Position numbers and translations under genes: made by a program. From Anaerolineae bacterium (GTDB lineage Bacteria > Chloroflexota > Anaerolineae > CG2-30-64-16), in the NCBI GenBank assembly GCA_040772005.1, contig JAXGYZ010000002.1:573061-637060 (forward strand): DNA of 64,000 nucleotides. The letters are read 5' to 3'. The notes under the pieces were generated by a model. It did no database searches. It was not told where the DNA came from and was given only the letters and a program-made list of their open reading frames with translations. Positions 8,691 to 18,465 of this stretch are shown in pieces (within the stretch, counting starts at the first letter, position 1; the number at the start of each line of letters is the position of its first letter).

Positions 8691-10001
8691 ATGGCATCTC
8701 GTCTCATCACATGGCTCGAACCGCTGTATCTGCTTGCGATTGCTCCGCTGCTCCTCTTTCCTACGGTACGACCGATCTGGACCGCAGCGGCGCTTGCCCT
8801 CTTAGCCCTGGTTTGGCTGTTGCGGGCGTTCCTCCGCCGGGAGGTCTGGCCCGTCACGCCGTTCAACCCGGCGCTGCTGCTGTTCTGCCTGGCGGTTCCT
8901 CCGGCCGTATGGGCGTCCGCCTTTCCCGAACTGACCCTTCCCAAGCTCACCGGCCTGATCCTGGGGCTGGCAGCCTTTCGCGCGACGGGCTTTTTGGCTG
9001 CCACGCCGCGGGGACTTACGGTTATCCTCACGGTGTTCGGTCTCCTCGGCGCGGGCATGTGGGCGGTGGGATTGCTCGGCATCCAACTGCCAATCCTCGC
9101 GCCCCTGGTCCACCGCCTGCCATCTGCGTTGGTCAGCCTGCCCGGCGCACCCGAACAGGGCATCAACCCGAACCAGTTGGCCGGCGTCCTGGCGCTGTAT
9201 CTGCCCTTCGTTCTTACATGGCTGCTCGTCTGCTTGCGGCGACGGCAGATCGTCTGGGCCGTCTTGCTTGGACTGGTCGCGCTCGCAGGCGCGGCAACCC
9301 TGCTCGTCACGCGTTCGCGCGCCGGCATAGTGGGCATTGCCGCAGCAGTCACGGCACTCGTCATCGTGTCCGTCTACCGGGAAGGCAGCTTGCGGCAGAA
9401 GCGGTGGGTCTCGGTTGCGGCCCTGGTCACCGTGACGGCAGGGGTGGTCGCGGGGGGAGTGTTCCTTCCGACATGGTTTGCCGGGACCGTTGCGAGCAGT
9501 CAGGTGGAGGCGCCGCTCGGAGATGCATTGCGGCAGCTATCGCTGGAAGGGCGGGTCGAAATCTGGTCGCGCGCACTGTACGCGCTGCAGGACTTCCCAT
9601 TCACCGGCGTCGGGCTGGGCACGTTTCGCCGGGTGGTCAACCTGCTTTACCCGCTGTTCCTCATCCCCGCCGACATCGACATCGCGCACGCGCACAACAT
9701 CTTCCTGCAGGTGGGCGTGGACCTCGGGCTCGGGGGACTGGTGGCGTACGGCGCGTTATTACTGGTTGCAGGGGCGGTGGCGTGGCAGGCCATACGGGGA
9801 GAAGACAGGATGCGGGGCCACATCGCGCTGGGGTTGCTGGCGGCGCTGATCGGGCTGCACGTCTACGGGTTGGCCGATGCGCTGGCCCTGGGTTCGAAGC
9901 CCGGGCTGGCGTTCTGGCTGGCGTTGGGGGTGCTCGGAGCCTTGGCGCAATTGCCGAGCGAGCAGCATAGGGACAAGGCGCCTAATTCGGGGGTTTTCTG
10001 A
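8691..10001 (+). CDS. O-antigen ligase family membrane protein (WaaL/Wzy_C-like)
   Basis: Polytopic membrane protein with a periplasmic loop containing RxxxxW...GVGLGTF and HAHNIFLQ motifs. GGAGGG RBS before the ATG at 8691. Confidence 0.7.
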   Translation: MASRLITWLEPLYLLAIAPLLLFPTVRPIWTAAALALLALVWLLRAFLRREVWPVTPFNPALLLFCLAVPPAVWASAFPELTLPKLTGLILGLAAFRATGFLAATPRGLTVILTVFGLLGAGMWAVGLLGIQLPILAPLVHRLPSALVSLPGAPEQGINPNQLAGVLALYLPFVLTWLLVCLRRRQIVWAVLLGLVALAGAATLLVTRSRAGIVGIAAAVTALVIVSVYREGSLRQKRWVSVAALVTVTAGVVAGGVFLPTWFAGTVASSQVEAPLGDALRQLSLEGRVEIWSRALYALQDFPFTGVGLGTFRRVVNLLYPLFLIPADIDIAHAHNIFLQVGVDLGLGGLVAYGALLLVAGAVAWQAIRGEDRMRGHIALGLLAALIGLHVYGLADALALGSKPGLAFWLALGVLGALAQLPSEQHRDKAPNSGVF

Positions 10002-10006
10002 CCGCG

Positions 10007-11167
10007 TCATATCCGGCCCCGCACGGCGGCCAGGAGGTGCGCGGCGCGGGTGCGCCAGCCGGCGCGGCCGTAGCGCGCGGCCAGCCACGCATCCTCCGGC
10101 CAGAGCGCGCGGGCGAGCAGCCGCGCAGCATCGCGGGGCCGGTCCGCGAGCAATAACTGGTAGATGAAGCGGGCCGGGCCGCCCGTGATATCCCGGCCCG
10201 CGAGCACGGAGGCGGGCGTGACGAAGCGCGCGAGCAGGCGGCGGCGTAAGCGGGAGGGCTGTAAGGCTGTCAGCGCGGCAGCGGCCCCCGGCAACCCCAG
10301 CAGCGCGTCAGCCAGGCTCAACACCTGCCAGACCGCAGTGCGCACCCGCCAGGCGCGCGCCCGCCGGCTGACCGCGGCCCAATCCAGCGGGCGGCTGCGC
10401 GCCACGAGACAGACGTCCAGCAGGCCGCGCACGCCCGGATAGGCCATCTGGTGATTCACGGCCAGGTGGACGGCCAGTTGGATGACCGCGTCCTCGGGCG
10501 CGAGGGTAGCTGCGCGGCGGCCGGCGACCGTCACGGGCTCGGCGCGGCCCGCGACGCCGGCACTGTCCACCGCGGCGGTGCGATGGAGCCATTCGCCCGC
10601 AAAGACGCCGTAGTGCAGCTCGACCAGTCCTTGGCCGGGCTGCGCGCCGGCGAGTTGAATCTCGCCCTCCCGGTCCGCCTGCAGCTCGACGGGCCGCGTA
10701 TCCTTGACGTGGCGGCGGTAGCCCGCGGCCTGGAGCGCGACGACCGCCGCGGGCATCTCCGCGGCGGCCAGCCAGAGGTCGAGGTCGCCCATCGGGCGAC
10801 AGGCCGGGTCAGGGTACACGAGATGGGCGAGGGCCGCGCCCTTGAACAGGATGGGGATGATGCCCGCGGCGACCAGCGCATTGAGCACCGCGGCCAGCTC
10901 GCGCGTGTGAAGCTCGGCATCGGCTGCCGCGCGGTAGTAGGCCGCGGCCAGCGGCTGCGCGAGGGCCGGCGGCAGGCGGTCGAACGCGCCGGCCCGGCGG
11001 AGGCGATGGCAGGCGTACGCGGCGAGGCCCTGGCCGATCAGCCAGTCCGCCCATGAGGGGGCGGGCCGGCCGGCGGCCCACTCCGCCAGCGCTTCATCGT
11101 CTGCCAGGGCGTGCAGGAACGTCGTTGCGTCGGGGGGCACGGCGGCGGACGGCTGCCAGACGGGCAT
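10007..11167 (-). CDS. Putative nucleotidyltransferase (PF14907-like 'uncharacterised nucleotidyltransferase')
   Basis: GDLDLWL motif (hG[GS]/DxD Pol-beta-like). Last gene of the minus-strand polysaccharide operon, 3 nt after the capD-like stop. Confidence 0.55.
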   Translation of the reverse strand: MPVWQPSAAVPPDATTFLHALADDEALAEWAAGRPAPSWADWLIGQGLAAYACHRLRRAGAFDRLPPALAQPLAAAYYRAAADAELHTRELAAVLNALVAAGIIPILFKGAALAHLVYPDPACRPMGDLDLWLAAAEMPAAVVALQAAGYRRHVKDTRPVELQADREGEIQLAGAQPGQGLVELHYGVFAGEWLHRTAAVDSAGVAGRAEPVTVAGRRAATLAPEDAVIQLAVHLAVNHQMAYPGVRGLLDVCLVARSRPLDWAAVSRRARAWRVRTAVWQVLSLADALLGLPGAAAALTALQPSRLRRRLLARFVTPASVLAGRDITGGPARFIYQLLLADRPRDAARLLARALWPEDAWLAARYGRAGWRTRAAHLLAAVRGRI

Positions 11168-11170
11168 CGG

Positions 11171-13135
11171 TCAGCCTGCTGCAGGGGGCGTGTGCTGGGG
11201 AGGTGCACCGTCGTGCTGATAGGCGGGCACGAGGATGCGGAAGGAGGCCTCGAGTGCGGCCGTGTCGCCGCGATAGGCGGCCTCGATCAGCCGCGCGACC
11301 TCCGGCTCCAGGAGGTCCTGCCGGCCGTTCTGCGCGACGAAAATCTTCTCGTGCCGGGTACGGCCATACTCCTCATCGGCTGCGAACAGCTCCTCGAACA
11401 GCTTCTCGCCGGGGCGCAGGCCCGTGAAGCGAATCTCGATGTCGTGCTCCGGCTCCAGGCCCGACAGCCGGATCAGGTCGCGCGCCAGGTCGACGATGCG
11501 GACGGGCTGGCCCATGTCGAGCACGAAGACCTCGCCGCCGTGGCCGAGCGCCGCGGCCTGGAGCACGAGCTGGACCGCCTCGGGGATGGTCATGAAGTAG
11601 CGGCGCACGTCGGGGTGCGTCACGGTGACGGGCCCGCCCGCGGCAATCTGGCGCTGGAAGAAGGGCACGACACTGCCGCGACTGCCGAGCACGTTGCCGA
11701 AGCGCACGGCGACGTAGCTGCAGCCGGTCTGCCGCGCGGCGGCCTCGACGAGCAGCTCCGCGATCCGCTTCGTGACGCCCATGACGTTGGTCGGGTTGAC
11801 GGCCTTATCGGTGGAGATGAGGACGAAGCGCTCGACCCCGGCAGCAATGCTGGCCTCGACCACGCGCTGCGTGCCCAAGATGTTGTTGAGCACCGCGTCG
11901 ACCGCGTTGTCTTCCATCAGCGGGACATGCTTGTGCGCGGCCGCATGGAAGACGATCTCGGGACGGTGCTCCGCAAAGACCGCGGCCAGGCGTTCGGGGA
12001 AGCGGATGTCGGCGATCACGGGTTGCAGATGCGATTGAAGATTGAAGATTGAAGATTGGAGGTCTGCGGGGTTCGTCTTCAATCTGGAATCTTCAATCTT
12101 CAATTCGTTATGGATGTCGAAGATGCTGTTTTCGCCGTGGCCGAGGAGGATGAGGCTGGCGGGGCTGCAGCGGAGAATCTGGCGGCAGAGCTCGGAGCCG
12201 ATGGAGCCGCCCGCGCCGGTGACGAGGACGCGCTTGCCGCGGAGCAGCGCGGCCACCTGGGCCGTGTCGGTCTGGATGGGGGCGCGGCGCAGGAGGTCCT
12301 CGATCTGGACATCGCGCAGTTGCTGGAGGCGGACGGCGCCGCCCAGCAGCTCGTAGATGCCCGGCACGGTGCGGGCGCGCACGCCCGCGGCCTCGCAGAT
12401 CTCCACGATATCGCGGATGGCCGCGCCGGGTGCGCTTGGCATGGCGATGATGACCTGCTCGATATGGTGTTCGCGGGCCAGGTCGGGGATGCGCTCGCGG
12501 CCGCCCAGGACGCGCACGCGCTGGAGCAGCATTCCGTGTTTGAGCGGGTCGTCGTCCACGAACCCGAGGGGCACCAGGCCGGTCTGCGGGTTCTGGCGCA
12601 GCTCCCGCAGCACCATTGCGCCCGCCTCGCCCGCACCGGCTATGAGGACATGCTGGAGCGGGCCGCCGGGAGCGCCGGCCTTGCGCGCGCGCTGTGCACC
12701 GAGCGCCCCGGCGCGCAGCGCGAAGCGTGACCCGGCAATGACCGCGAAGGTCACGAGCACGTCGATCAATGGGATGGAGCGCGGGACGCCGGGGGAGAGC
12801 AGCGCAGGGAAAATCGCCTGCGTGCCGAGGAAGAGCGCCCCCTGGGCCAGCGCACCGAGTGCCGCAGACCAGACGAGCAGCATCATCTCGTCCGGCCCCG
12901 CGTACTGCCAGTAGCGCGTGTAGAGGCCGAGCACGCTGAAGATGGGTATCTTGATGAATGGGGCCGCGATTACAAAGATCAACATCGTCCGCACGTAAGG
13001 CTGGAGCTGCGCGGTGTCCAGGCGCAGGGCGAACGCGAGCACCGCAGCCATCGGCACGAGCAGCATATCAGCTGCCAGCAGGTGCCGGTTGCGCACGCGC
13101 AGCAGGAGCTGCGTAAGGCCATATGAGTGTGTCAT
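11171..13135 (-). CDS. Membrane-anchored nucleoside-diphosphate-sugar 4,6-dehydratase/epimerase (CapD/WbpM/PglF family)
   Basis: N-terminal TM helices, then LVTGAGGSIGSEL Rossmann, then the catalytic STDKAVNPTNVMGVTKR. Start (13135) overlaps the upstream stop (ATGA). Contains an in-frame heptamer-repeat insertion. Confidence 0.8.
   Translation of the reverse strand: MTHSYGLTQLLLRVRNRHLLAADMLLVPMAAVLAFALRLDTAQLQPYVRTMLIFVIAAPFIKIPIFSVLGLYTRYWQYAGPDEMMLLVWSAALGALAQGALFLGTQAIFPALLSPGVPRSIPLIDVLVTFAVIAGSRFALRAGALGAQRARKAGAPGGPLQHVLIAGAGEAGAMVLRELRQNPQTGLVPLGFVDDDPLKHGMLLQRVRVLGGRERIPDLAREHHIEQVIIAMPSAPGAAIRDIVEICEAAGVRARTVPGIYELLGGAVRLQQLRDVQIEDLLRRAPIQTDTAQVAALLRGKRVLVTGAGGSIGSELCRQILRCSPASLILLGHGENSIFDIHNELKIEDSRLKTNPADLQSSIFNLQSHLQPVIADIRFPERLAAVFAEHRPEIVFHAAAHKHVPLMEDNAVDAVLNNILGTQRVVEASIAAGVERFVLISTDKAVNPTNVMGVTKRIAELLVEAAARQTGCSYVAVRFGNVLGSRGSVVPFFQRQIAAGGPVTVTHPDVRRYFMTIPEAVQLVLQAAALGHGGEVFVLDMGQPVRIVDLARDLIRLSGLEPEHDIEIRFTGLRPGEKLFEELFAADEEYGRTRHEKIFVAQNGRQDLLEPEVARLIEAAYRGDTAALEASFRILVPAYQHDGAPPQHTPPAAG
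12033..12106. repeat. GATTGAA heptamer-repeat hairpin element lying in-frame inside the capD-like CDS (encodes ...ELKIEDSRLKTNPADLQSSIFNLQS...)
   Basis: Same element as 7924-8013. The reading frame of the host gene is maintained across it. Confidence 0.65.
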
Positions 13136-14211
13136 GGATTGGATATGCCTTTTGTCGGGCCGCGCTGCTGCTCGTGAGAGCGAACAAAGTACCAGAGACT
13201 GAATGCCGCTACTGGGATCACGATTGCGATTGATAGAGATACTCCTGGCACAGACTGTACCCATGCAACAGCCAGCACTCCACCAAGAGCAGCAAGGGAT
13301 GCGTAGAGTATTGTGACGCTCTTGTGTGAATGGTCGAGGATTATCAGGCGCTGGTATAGATGTGATCGGTGTGCTGCAAAGACATTCTCATGGCGCACAA
13401 GTCTTCGCAGAAATGTGAAACTCGCATCGAAAACGAATGGCCATACAGCCAGTAGGCCTACTAGTGCCATTCGATGATCTTGTTGGTGTGCGGCAATTGT
13501 CAGTGTTGCGAGGACCGATCCAATGAAAGCACTGCCCACGTCGCCCATGAAAATGCGGGCTGGGGGCCAGTTGTCAGCAAGGAAAGCCGCACTTGCTCCG
13601 GCCAATACCAACCCTGTCAATCCGACACCCGTTAATCCGCTGGTGAACCCTACCACTGCCCAGGTGATTCCAGCGATAACGGCTTGGCTTCCCGCAATGC
13701 CGTCAATCCCGTCCATAAAGTTATAGGCATTGGTCAAGCCGACTAACCACATAAGTGTCAACGGCACACCCATCCATGCAAGGTGGATCTCTCCAATCAG
13801 AGGAAGCGTGATCAAATCCCAGTAGTCGACGCCGAGCATTATCGTAAGGGCGGCTAGAATGTGAGCAATCAGTCGGACTAAATTAGGTAGTGAACGAAGG
13901 TCGTCTATCAAGCTCACCAAGGCGACGAGAGTCCATGCGGCCGTGACTAGCAGTAGAGCAGTCCAGTAGGCTGAGGCGAAGGCGACGTTGGCGGATACAG
14001 TCAGAGCAATTGTAACAACTACAATGGCGAGACCTCCACCGCGCGGGATTGGTCGGCTATGGGAACTGCGTTCGTTTGGGATATCCAGGATCATATGATC
14101 CTCTGCAAATTGCCTGATCGCACGCACGCCCAGCCGCGACAGCAGGTAAGCACATGCGGCTATGATGCCGAGGGCCAGTGGGGCGATTTGAGGGGTCTCT
14201 TCACTCAGCAC
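13132..14211 (-). CDS. Undecaprenyl-phosphate sugar-1-phosphate transferase (WecA/WbpL-like; MraY/GT4 family)
   Basis: DIPNERSSHSRPIPRGGG and NAYNFMDGIDGI motifs; 10-11 TM helices. GTG start at 14211 chosen (overlaps the upstream stop by 11 nt). The TTG at 14319 would overlap 118 nt. Confidence 0.7.
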   Translation of the reverse strand: MLSEETPQIAPLALGIIAACAYLLSRLGVRAIRQFAEDHMILDIPNERSSHSRPIPRGGGLAIVVVTIALTVSANVAFASAYWTALLLVTAAWTLVALVSLIDDLRSLPNLVRLIAHILAALTIMLGVDYWDLITLPLIGEIHLAWMGVPLTLMWLVGLTNAYNFMDGIDGIAGSQAVIAGITWAVVGFTSGLTGVGLTGLVLAGASAAFLADNWPPARIFMGDVGSAFIGSVLATLTIAAHQQDHRMALVGLLAVWPFVFDASFTFLRRLVRHENVFAAHRSHLYQRLIILDHSHKSVTILYASLAALGGVLAVAWVQSVPGVSLSIAIVIPVAAFSLWYFVRSHEQQRGPTKGISNP

Positions 14212-15214
14212 TTGGGAGAACCCCGGAACGGCGCATTTCTGCGATGGTATCTTGCCAACCGAAAGATAAGTTATAGGCAGGCATGAAGTTGAGCTCCTGC
14301 ATGATCTTTGACCCGTCAACTGCTACGTTTTCAAGATACCTTTGCAGCATAGTACTGCTGACAGGCAACGGGTGTTTGATGATGCGTGAGAAGCCATCCG
14401 CAATCCGAAGCCCAAGCCGAATAGGCGCGACAGGCAACGCAATGTGCGGCGGTGGACGGCCTAGCCCATCGCAGATCGCTTCGATGATCTCGTGCAGCGA
14501 GTGGGTCTCGCCATCCGTCACATTATATATCTGCCCTGCTGCGCGAGGATGCTCGATGGCCGCCTGCACCGCGTTCGCCATGTCTTTATCGTAAATCAGC
14601 GTGCGCCGATTCCCACCGCTACCGATGGGCACAAAGCGCCTTTGCGATAGTGCGTACACGAGTCGGCTATAGTTGCCTTTGACGCGGCTGCCATACACTG
14701 ACGCAAGCCGGAGCACCACACCTAGCGGACCACCGTCCGGGCCTGCTGCAGATAACACGATGCGTTCGGCGGCGAACTTCGTTTTTGCATAGTACGTATC
14801 TGGCATGACCGATGATGACTCGTTAAGGAGGCCACCCATTCCAGCACCGTAGACGGCGATCGTGCTCAGGAAGACCAATCGCCGTACGCCAGCGCACCGG
14901 GCAGCTTCCACAACGGTGGCCGTCCCTTGCACGTTGACCCGCTCATACTCGGCATATAGATGCTGCGCTGGATTGCTGATGTGAAGAAGAGCGGCCATAT
15001 GAACAACATGAGTTACGTCTCGCATGGCCGCATCAATGAGATACTGGTCACAGATATCCCCAGTTAACCAGTCGTTGAGTTTTGCCTTAAGGGCTGCGGG
15101 TGGTTCCTGCAAGGCTAAACCACGGACGCGGTAGCCACTGGCGGCCAACTGATTGACAACCGTGGGTCCCAACGCGCCGGTGGCACCGGTAACAAGGATC
15201 AGCCGCTCATCCAT
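14201..15214 (-). CDS. NAD-dependent epimerase/dehydratase (SDR family; UDP-sugar 4-epimerase-like)
   Basis: LVTGATGALG Rossmann motif, YAKTK catalytic motif. ATG overlaps the upstream stop (ATGGATGA). Confidence 0.8.
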   Translation of the reverse strand: MDERLILVTGATGALGPTVVNQLAASGYRVRGLALQEPPAALKAKLNDWLTGDICDQYLIDAAMRDVTHVVHMAALLHISNPAQHLYAEYERVNVQGTATVVEAARCAGVRRLVFLSTIAVYGAGMGGLLNESSSVMPDTYYAKTKFAAERIVLSAAGPDGGPLGVVLRLASVYGSRVKGNYSRLVYALSQRRFVPIGSGGNRRTLIYDKDMANAVQAAIEHPRAAGQIYNVTDGETHSLHEIIEAICDGLGRPPPHIALPVAPIRLGLRIADGFSRIIKHPLPVSSTMLQRYLENVAVDGSKIMQELNFMPAYNLSFGWQDTIAEMRRSGVLPSAE

Positions 15215-16472
15215 GATTGTCCGGTGAAGCGTTCGTTACTTCTGCAATCACCCGATCATACGCCCCGATCACCGCGCTCTTGCTGTAGCGTTCTACAACC
15301 CATTTGCGCGCGTTTGCACTCATCGTCCGGGCCAAGTCCGGTGAATCATGTAAGCGTCGAATCGCTGCGATCATCTGGGGGGCAGACTCTGGCTCTACGA
15401 CGATTCCGCTATTTGAGCTAAGAAGTAGCTCCGCTGTCTCCGTTCCAGGTTCGCAAGCCGCTACAATCGGCCGTCCAGCCGCCATCGCGGTGTAAATTTT
15501 GGAGGGAACTGTGTCATACGAAAAACCCGATTGCATGGGAGAAACACAGATATCGGCTGTCGCATAGGTCTCTGGGATGCGGTTATAGGGCTGGAAGGGC
15601 AGTAATCGAATGTTGTTGAGCCCAGAAGCAGCGATCGCGTGTTCGAGCTTTGGCCTTGCTGCGCCGTCGCCAATAATCAACACGACAATATCGGTATCCA
15701 TCGCAAGTGCGTGTGCAACATCGACCAGTATCTCCAAACCTTGCGAAAGCCCGATATTGCCAGCGTAAAACACGACAAACTTGTCCTCCAGTCCGAATTC
15801 CTTAGCAAAGCTATTGTCTTTTGGCGTGGGGGATAGCCAATCGGTATCAACAAAGTTCGGTGTGAAGTGCAACTTGCTGTCCGGTACCCCGCGTGATACC
15901 AGGCTGCGGTTGAAGCTTTGAGCAATGGAGGTAATCGCAGCAGAATGATTGTACACAAACCGTTCGATAGCGTAAGCGAGCGCGATCAGAGCCTTGTTCT
16001 TTAGCAACCCCATGCGAATAGGTGCGTCTGGCCACAACTCCCGAACATCATAGATCATCTGGCCCCGCAGAAACACCTTCAATAAGAATCCATTGAGACC
16101 TAAGGTAATCGGCGGAGAAGGAACAAAAATGATATCCTGCCGCCCCAGTCTGGTCAATCCCACCACTAGAGTCAACACCTGAAACCACAGGTAGTCGAGT
16201 GCCCGACGCCAAATGCGTTGTCGCTTGAGCGGCATATACACGCGTACGACCTGCACACCTTTCTCGCTCGTTTCCGTATAGAGGGTGGGAAGTCGGCGGC
16301 GATAGATCGGGTTCTTGAGCACCTCGGGTGAGGGATTGTAGTGCGGCATCGAAGTCAGCACCGTGACCGTATGCCCGCGTTCCTGCAGACCGTGAGCCAG
16401 GTCAGTCATCAAGTTCGCAGTGGAAACCGTGTCCGGTCCGAAGACCAGGGAAAGCATCAGGACCCGGCTCAT
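15207..16472 (-). CDS. Glycosyltransferase family 4 (WbuB/WcaI-like)
   Basis: GT-B C-terminal motif SGFSYDTVPSKIYTAMAAGRPIV. Start at 16472 overlaps the upstream stop (ATGA). Confidence 0.75.
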   Translation of the reverse strand: MSRVLMLSLVFGPDTVSTANLMTDLAHGLQERGHTVTVLTSMPHYNPSPEVLKNPIYRRRLPTLYTETSEKGVQVVRVYMPLKRQRIWRRALDYLWFQVLTLVVGLTRLGRQDIIFVPSPPITLGLNGFLLKVFLRGQMIYDVRELWPDAPIRMGLLKNKALIALAYAIERFVYNHSAAITSIAQSFNRSLVSRGVPDSKLHFTPNFVDTDWLSPTPKDNSFAKEFGLEDKFVVFYAGNIGLSQGLEILVDVAHALAMDTDIVVLIIGDGAARPKLEHAIAASGLNNIRLLPFQPYNRIPETYATADICVSPMQSGFSYDTVPSKIYTAMAAGRPIVAACEPGTETAELLLSSNSGIVVEPESAPQMIAAIRRLHDSPDLARTMSANARKWVVERYSKSAVIGAYDRVIAEVTNASPDNHG

Positions 16473-17332
16473 TTGGAACCTCGCCCCTTGCGCAGCTCGA
16501 AGTAGCAGGCGTCCACATAGAATCTGAACCACAGGCCGTGCAGACCATGATAAATCAAGCCTTCGGGACCATCCAGGAAACCGCCTCGCACGATATAGCG
16601 GATGAGAAAGTAAAGCACTGCGCGCAGGAAGAGCGGACCGCGTTCATATACGGATGCCCTGAGCCAGCGGCGGCGCTGAATCGGTGAGCCCATCAGCTTG
16701 GCTTCAAGGAGTCCATTGCCTGTTTCGCCTGCCCGTTTCAGAAGATGCTGGGCTTCCATCTGCGCCCAGCGGTTGTGTCGGGCTGTCCAGGACGAGAGCG
16801 ACGTAGCCGTGACTTCGATCAGGTCGGCTTCGAGCTGTTCCACTTTGCCGTGGACGAGAAAGTGTTGGTCGTATTCCCGTTCTTCGCAGCGCCCCGCACT
16901 GCGTTGAAAGATGCGGCAATGATAAGTAGGATAAATGCCGCCATGAAGCATGTAGCGGCCGAGGAACTCGATGCGACGGCGGATGAGCAGCCCTGCAACC
17001 GACGCATATGACGGATCGCTGAAGAAATGTGTAAGCGCCGAGACCAACTCCGGAGTCGCTCGTTCATCCGCGTCAACATGAAATACCCAGTCGAAGCTTA
17101 ACGGAAGGTGTTCCTGCGCCCAGTTGCGCTGTCGCGAGTAATTCTCGAAGGGGTGAGATACGATCTTGTCGGTAAAGCTCCTAGCAATGCTGAGAGTTGC
17201 ATCGGTGCTGCCGGAATCGACGACGAACATCTCGCCGGCCCAGCCTGCCAACGATTGCAGACAGGCCTGGATGTTAGATTCCTCGTTGAGGGTCAGGACG
17301 ATGACGGAGATGGGCAGTGTATTTGCGTTCAT
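16469..17332 (-). CDS. Glycosyltransferase family 2
   Basis: ISVIVLTLNEE...VVDSGSTD...HVDADE (DXD) motifs. Confidence 0.8.
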   Translation of the reverse strand: MNANTLPISVIVLTLNEESNIQACLQSLAGWAGEMFVVDSGSTDATLSIARSFTDKIVSHPFENYSRQRNWAQEHLPLSFDWVFHVDADERATPELVSALTHFFSDPSYASVAGLLIRRRIEFLGRYMLHGGIYPTYHCRIFQRSAGRCEEREYDQHFLVHGKVEQLEADLIEVTATSLSSWTARHNRWAQMEAQHLLKRAGETGNGLLEAKLMGSPIQRRRWLRASVYERGPLFLRAVLYFLIRYIVRGGFLDGPEGLIYHGLHGLWFRFYVDACYFELRKGRGSK

Positions 17333-18460
17333 CTATGGTCTGATGATTTCTCCGTACGCTTCGATGGTCTGCATCGCGGTCTTACGCCACGAAAACCGGC
17401 CGACATGCTCTCGCCCACGCTGCCGCAACTCCATTTGGAGCGCCTCGCTATTAGCAACGGACGCGATCTTAGCGGTCATATCATCGATCGAGAAAGGATC
17501 GAAAAAGACAGCGGCATCACCGCCGACTTCAGGCAACGATGCCACGTTGGAGCAGAGCACCGGGACATCGGCCGCCATAGCTTCAAGCACCGGCAATCCA
17601 AACCCTTCGTAAGTCGACGCAACGATAAAGGCAGCTGCATGGTGCAATAACACCTGCAAAGTGCGATCCTCAAGGTAGCCAGTCAGGATCAAGCTTCCAG
17701 CTTCAAGGCCTGCCGTGTAGGCAGCAATGTCATCCGGGGTCAGGCGTCCCACGATCACCAATTGCTGCCTGACGTTGTGCTGTTCGTGCGCCTGCCGAAA
17801 GGCTTGAATCAGTGCAGGGATGTTCTTGTTGGGGCCGAGATTGCCGAACGCCATCAGATAGGGTTGTCTGATGCCGAAACGTTCAAGCTCAGCCTTCATC
17901 TCCTCGCGGGACATTTGCAGCGGCGGGCGCTTGCGGGCTGCATCCTCAATCACTACGACGCGGTCAGCCCGGATGTTTGGATAGGCATCCAGGATTTGCC
18001 TCTTTGAGAAGTGTGATGGAGTAATGATGCGGTCGGAGCGTGAAGCAGATTGATGAACAAAGAAGGCCAAGGCTGCGCGTTTCCTGGCGGGCATCTGTGC
18101 GCCGAAGGCCTGGTAGTTCAGATCGTGAATCGTGACTATAGACGGGATGGGCAAGCAAAGGGGAGCTACATAGCCGAGAGAATGCAGCAGACTTAGTCTG
18201 TACGGTCGAACAAGAAAGGGCAGATAGAGCTGTTCAAAAATGTAGCGGCGAACCCGATGCACTGCCGATATGGGGCACACAATTCGGTGGAAATTGGGTT
18301 TAGCGGGCAGAGGCCACTCTCGCGATTCGCGATTGACAAAGACAAAGAATTCACATCGCTCGCCGGTTTCAGCGAACCCATCAAGCAAGCCGGCGGCATA
18401 TGTCTCGGTTCCGCCGACAATACCTGGCAAAAGATAGGCCAGATTCAGGCCGATCCGCAT
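17333..18460 (-). CDS. Glycosyltransferase family 4
   Basis: STYEGFGLPVLEAMA motif. Start chosen at MRIGLNLAYLLPG (18460), 5 nt after the upstream stop. The upstream in-frame extension is AT-poor filler. Confidence 0.7.
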   Translation of the reverse strand: MRIGLNLAYLLPGIVGGTETYAAGLLDGFAETGERCEFFVFVNRESREWPLPAKPNFHRIVCPISAVHRVRRYIFEQLYLPFLVRPYRLSLLHSLGYVAPLCLPIPSIVTIHDLNYQAFGAQMPARKRAALAFFVHQSASRSDRIITPSHFSKRQILDAYPNIRADRVVVIEDAARKRPPLQMSREEMKAELERFGIRQPYLMAFGNLGPNKNIPALIQAFRQAHEQHNVRQQLVIVGRLTPDDIAAYTAGLEAGSLILTGYLEDRTLQVLLHHAAAFIVASTYEGFGLPVLEAMAADVPVLCSNVASLPEVGGDAAVFFDPFSIDDMTAKIASVANSEALQMELRQRGREHVGRFSWRKTAMQTIEAYGEIIRP

Positions 18461-18465
18461 ATCTG

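Noticed and set aside
14212-14319. TTG start at 14319 for the WecA-like gene (as in the ORF track)
   Set aside because: It would overlap the upstream epimerase gene by 118 nt and encode a Cys/Ser-rich non-hydrophobic leader. The GTG at 14211 fits the 1-11-nt overlap pattern seen at every other junction of this operon.
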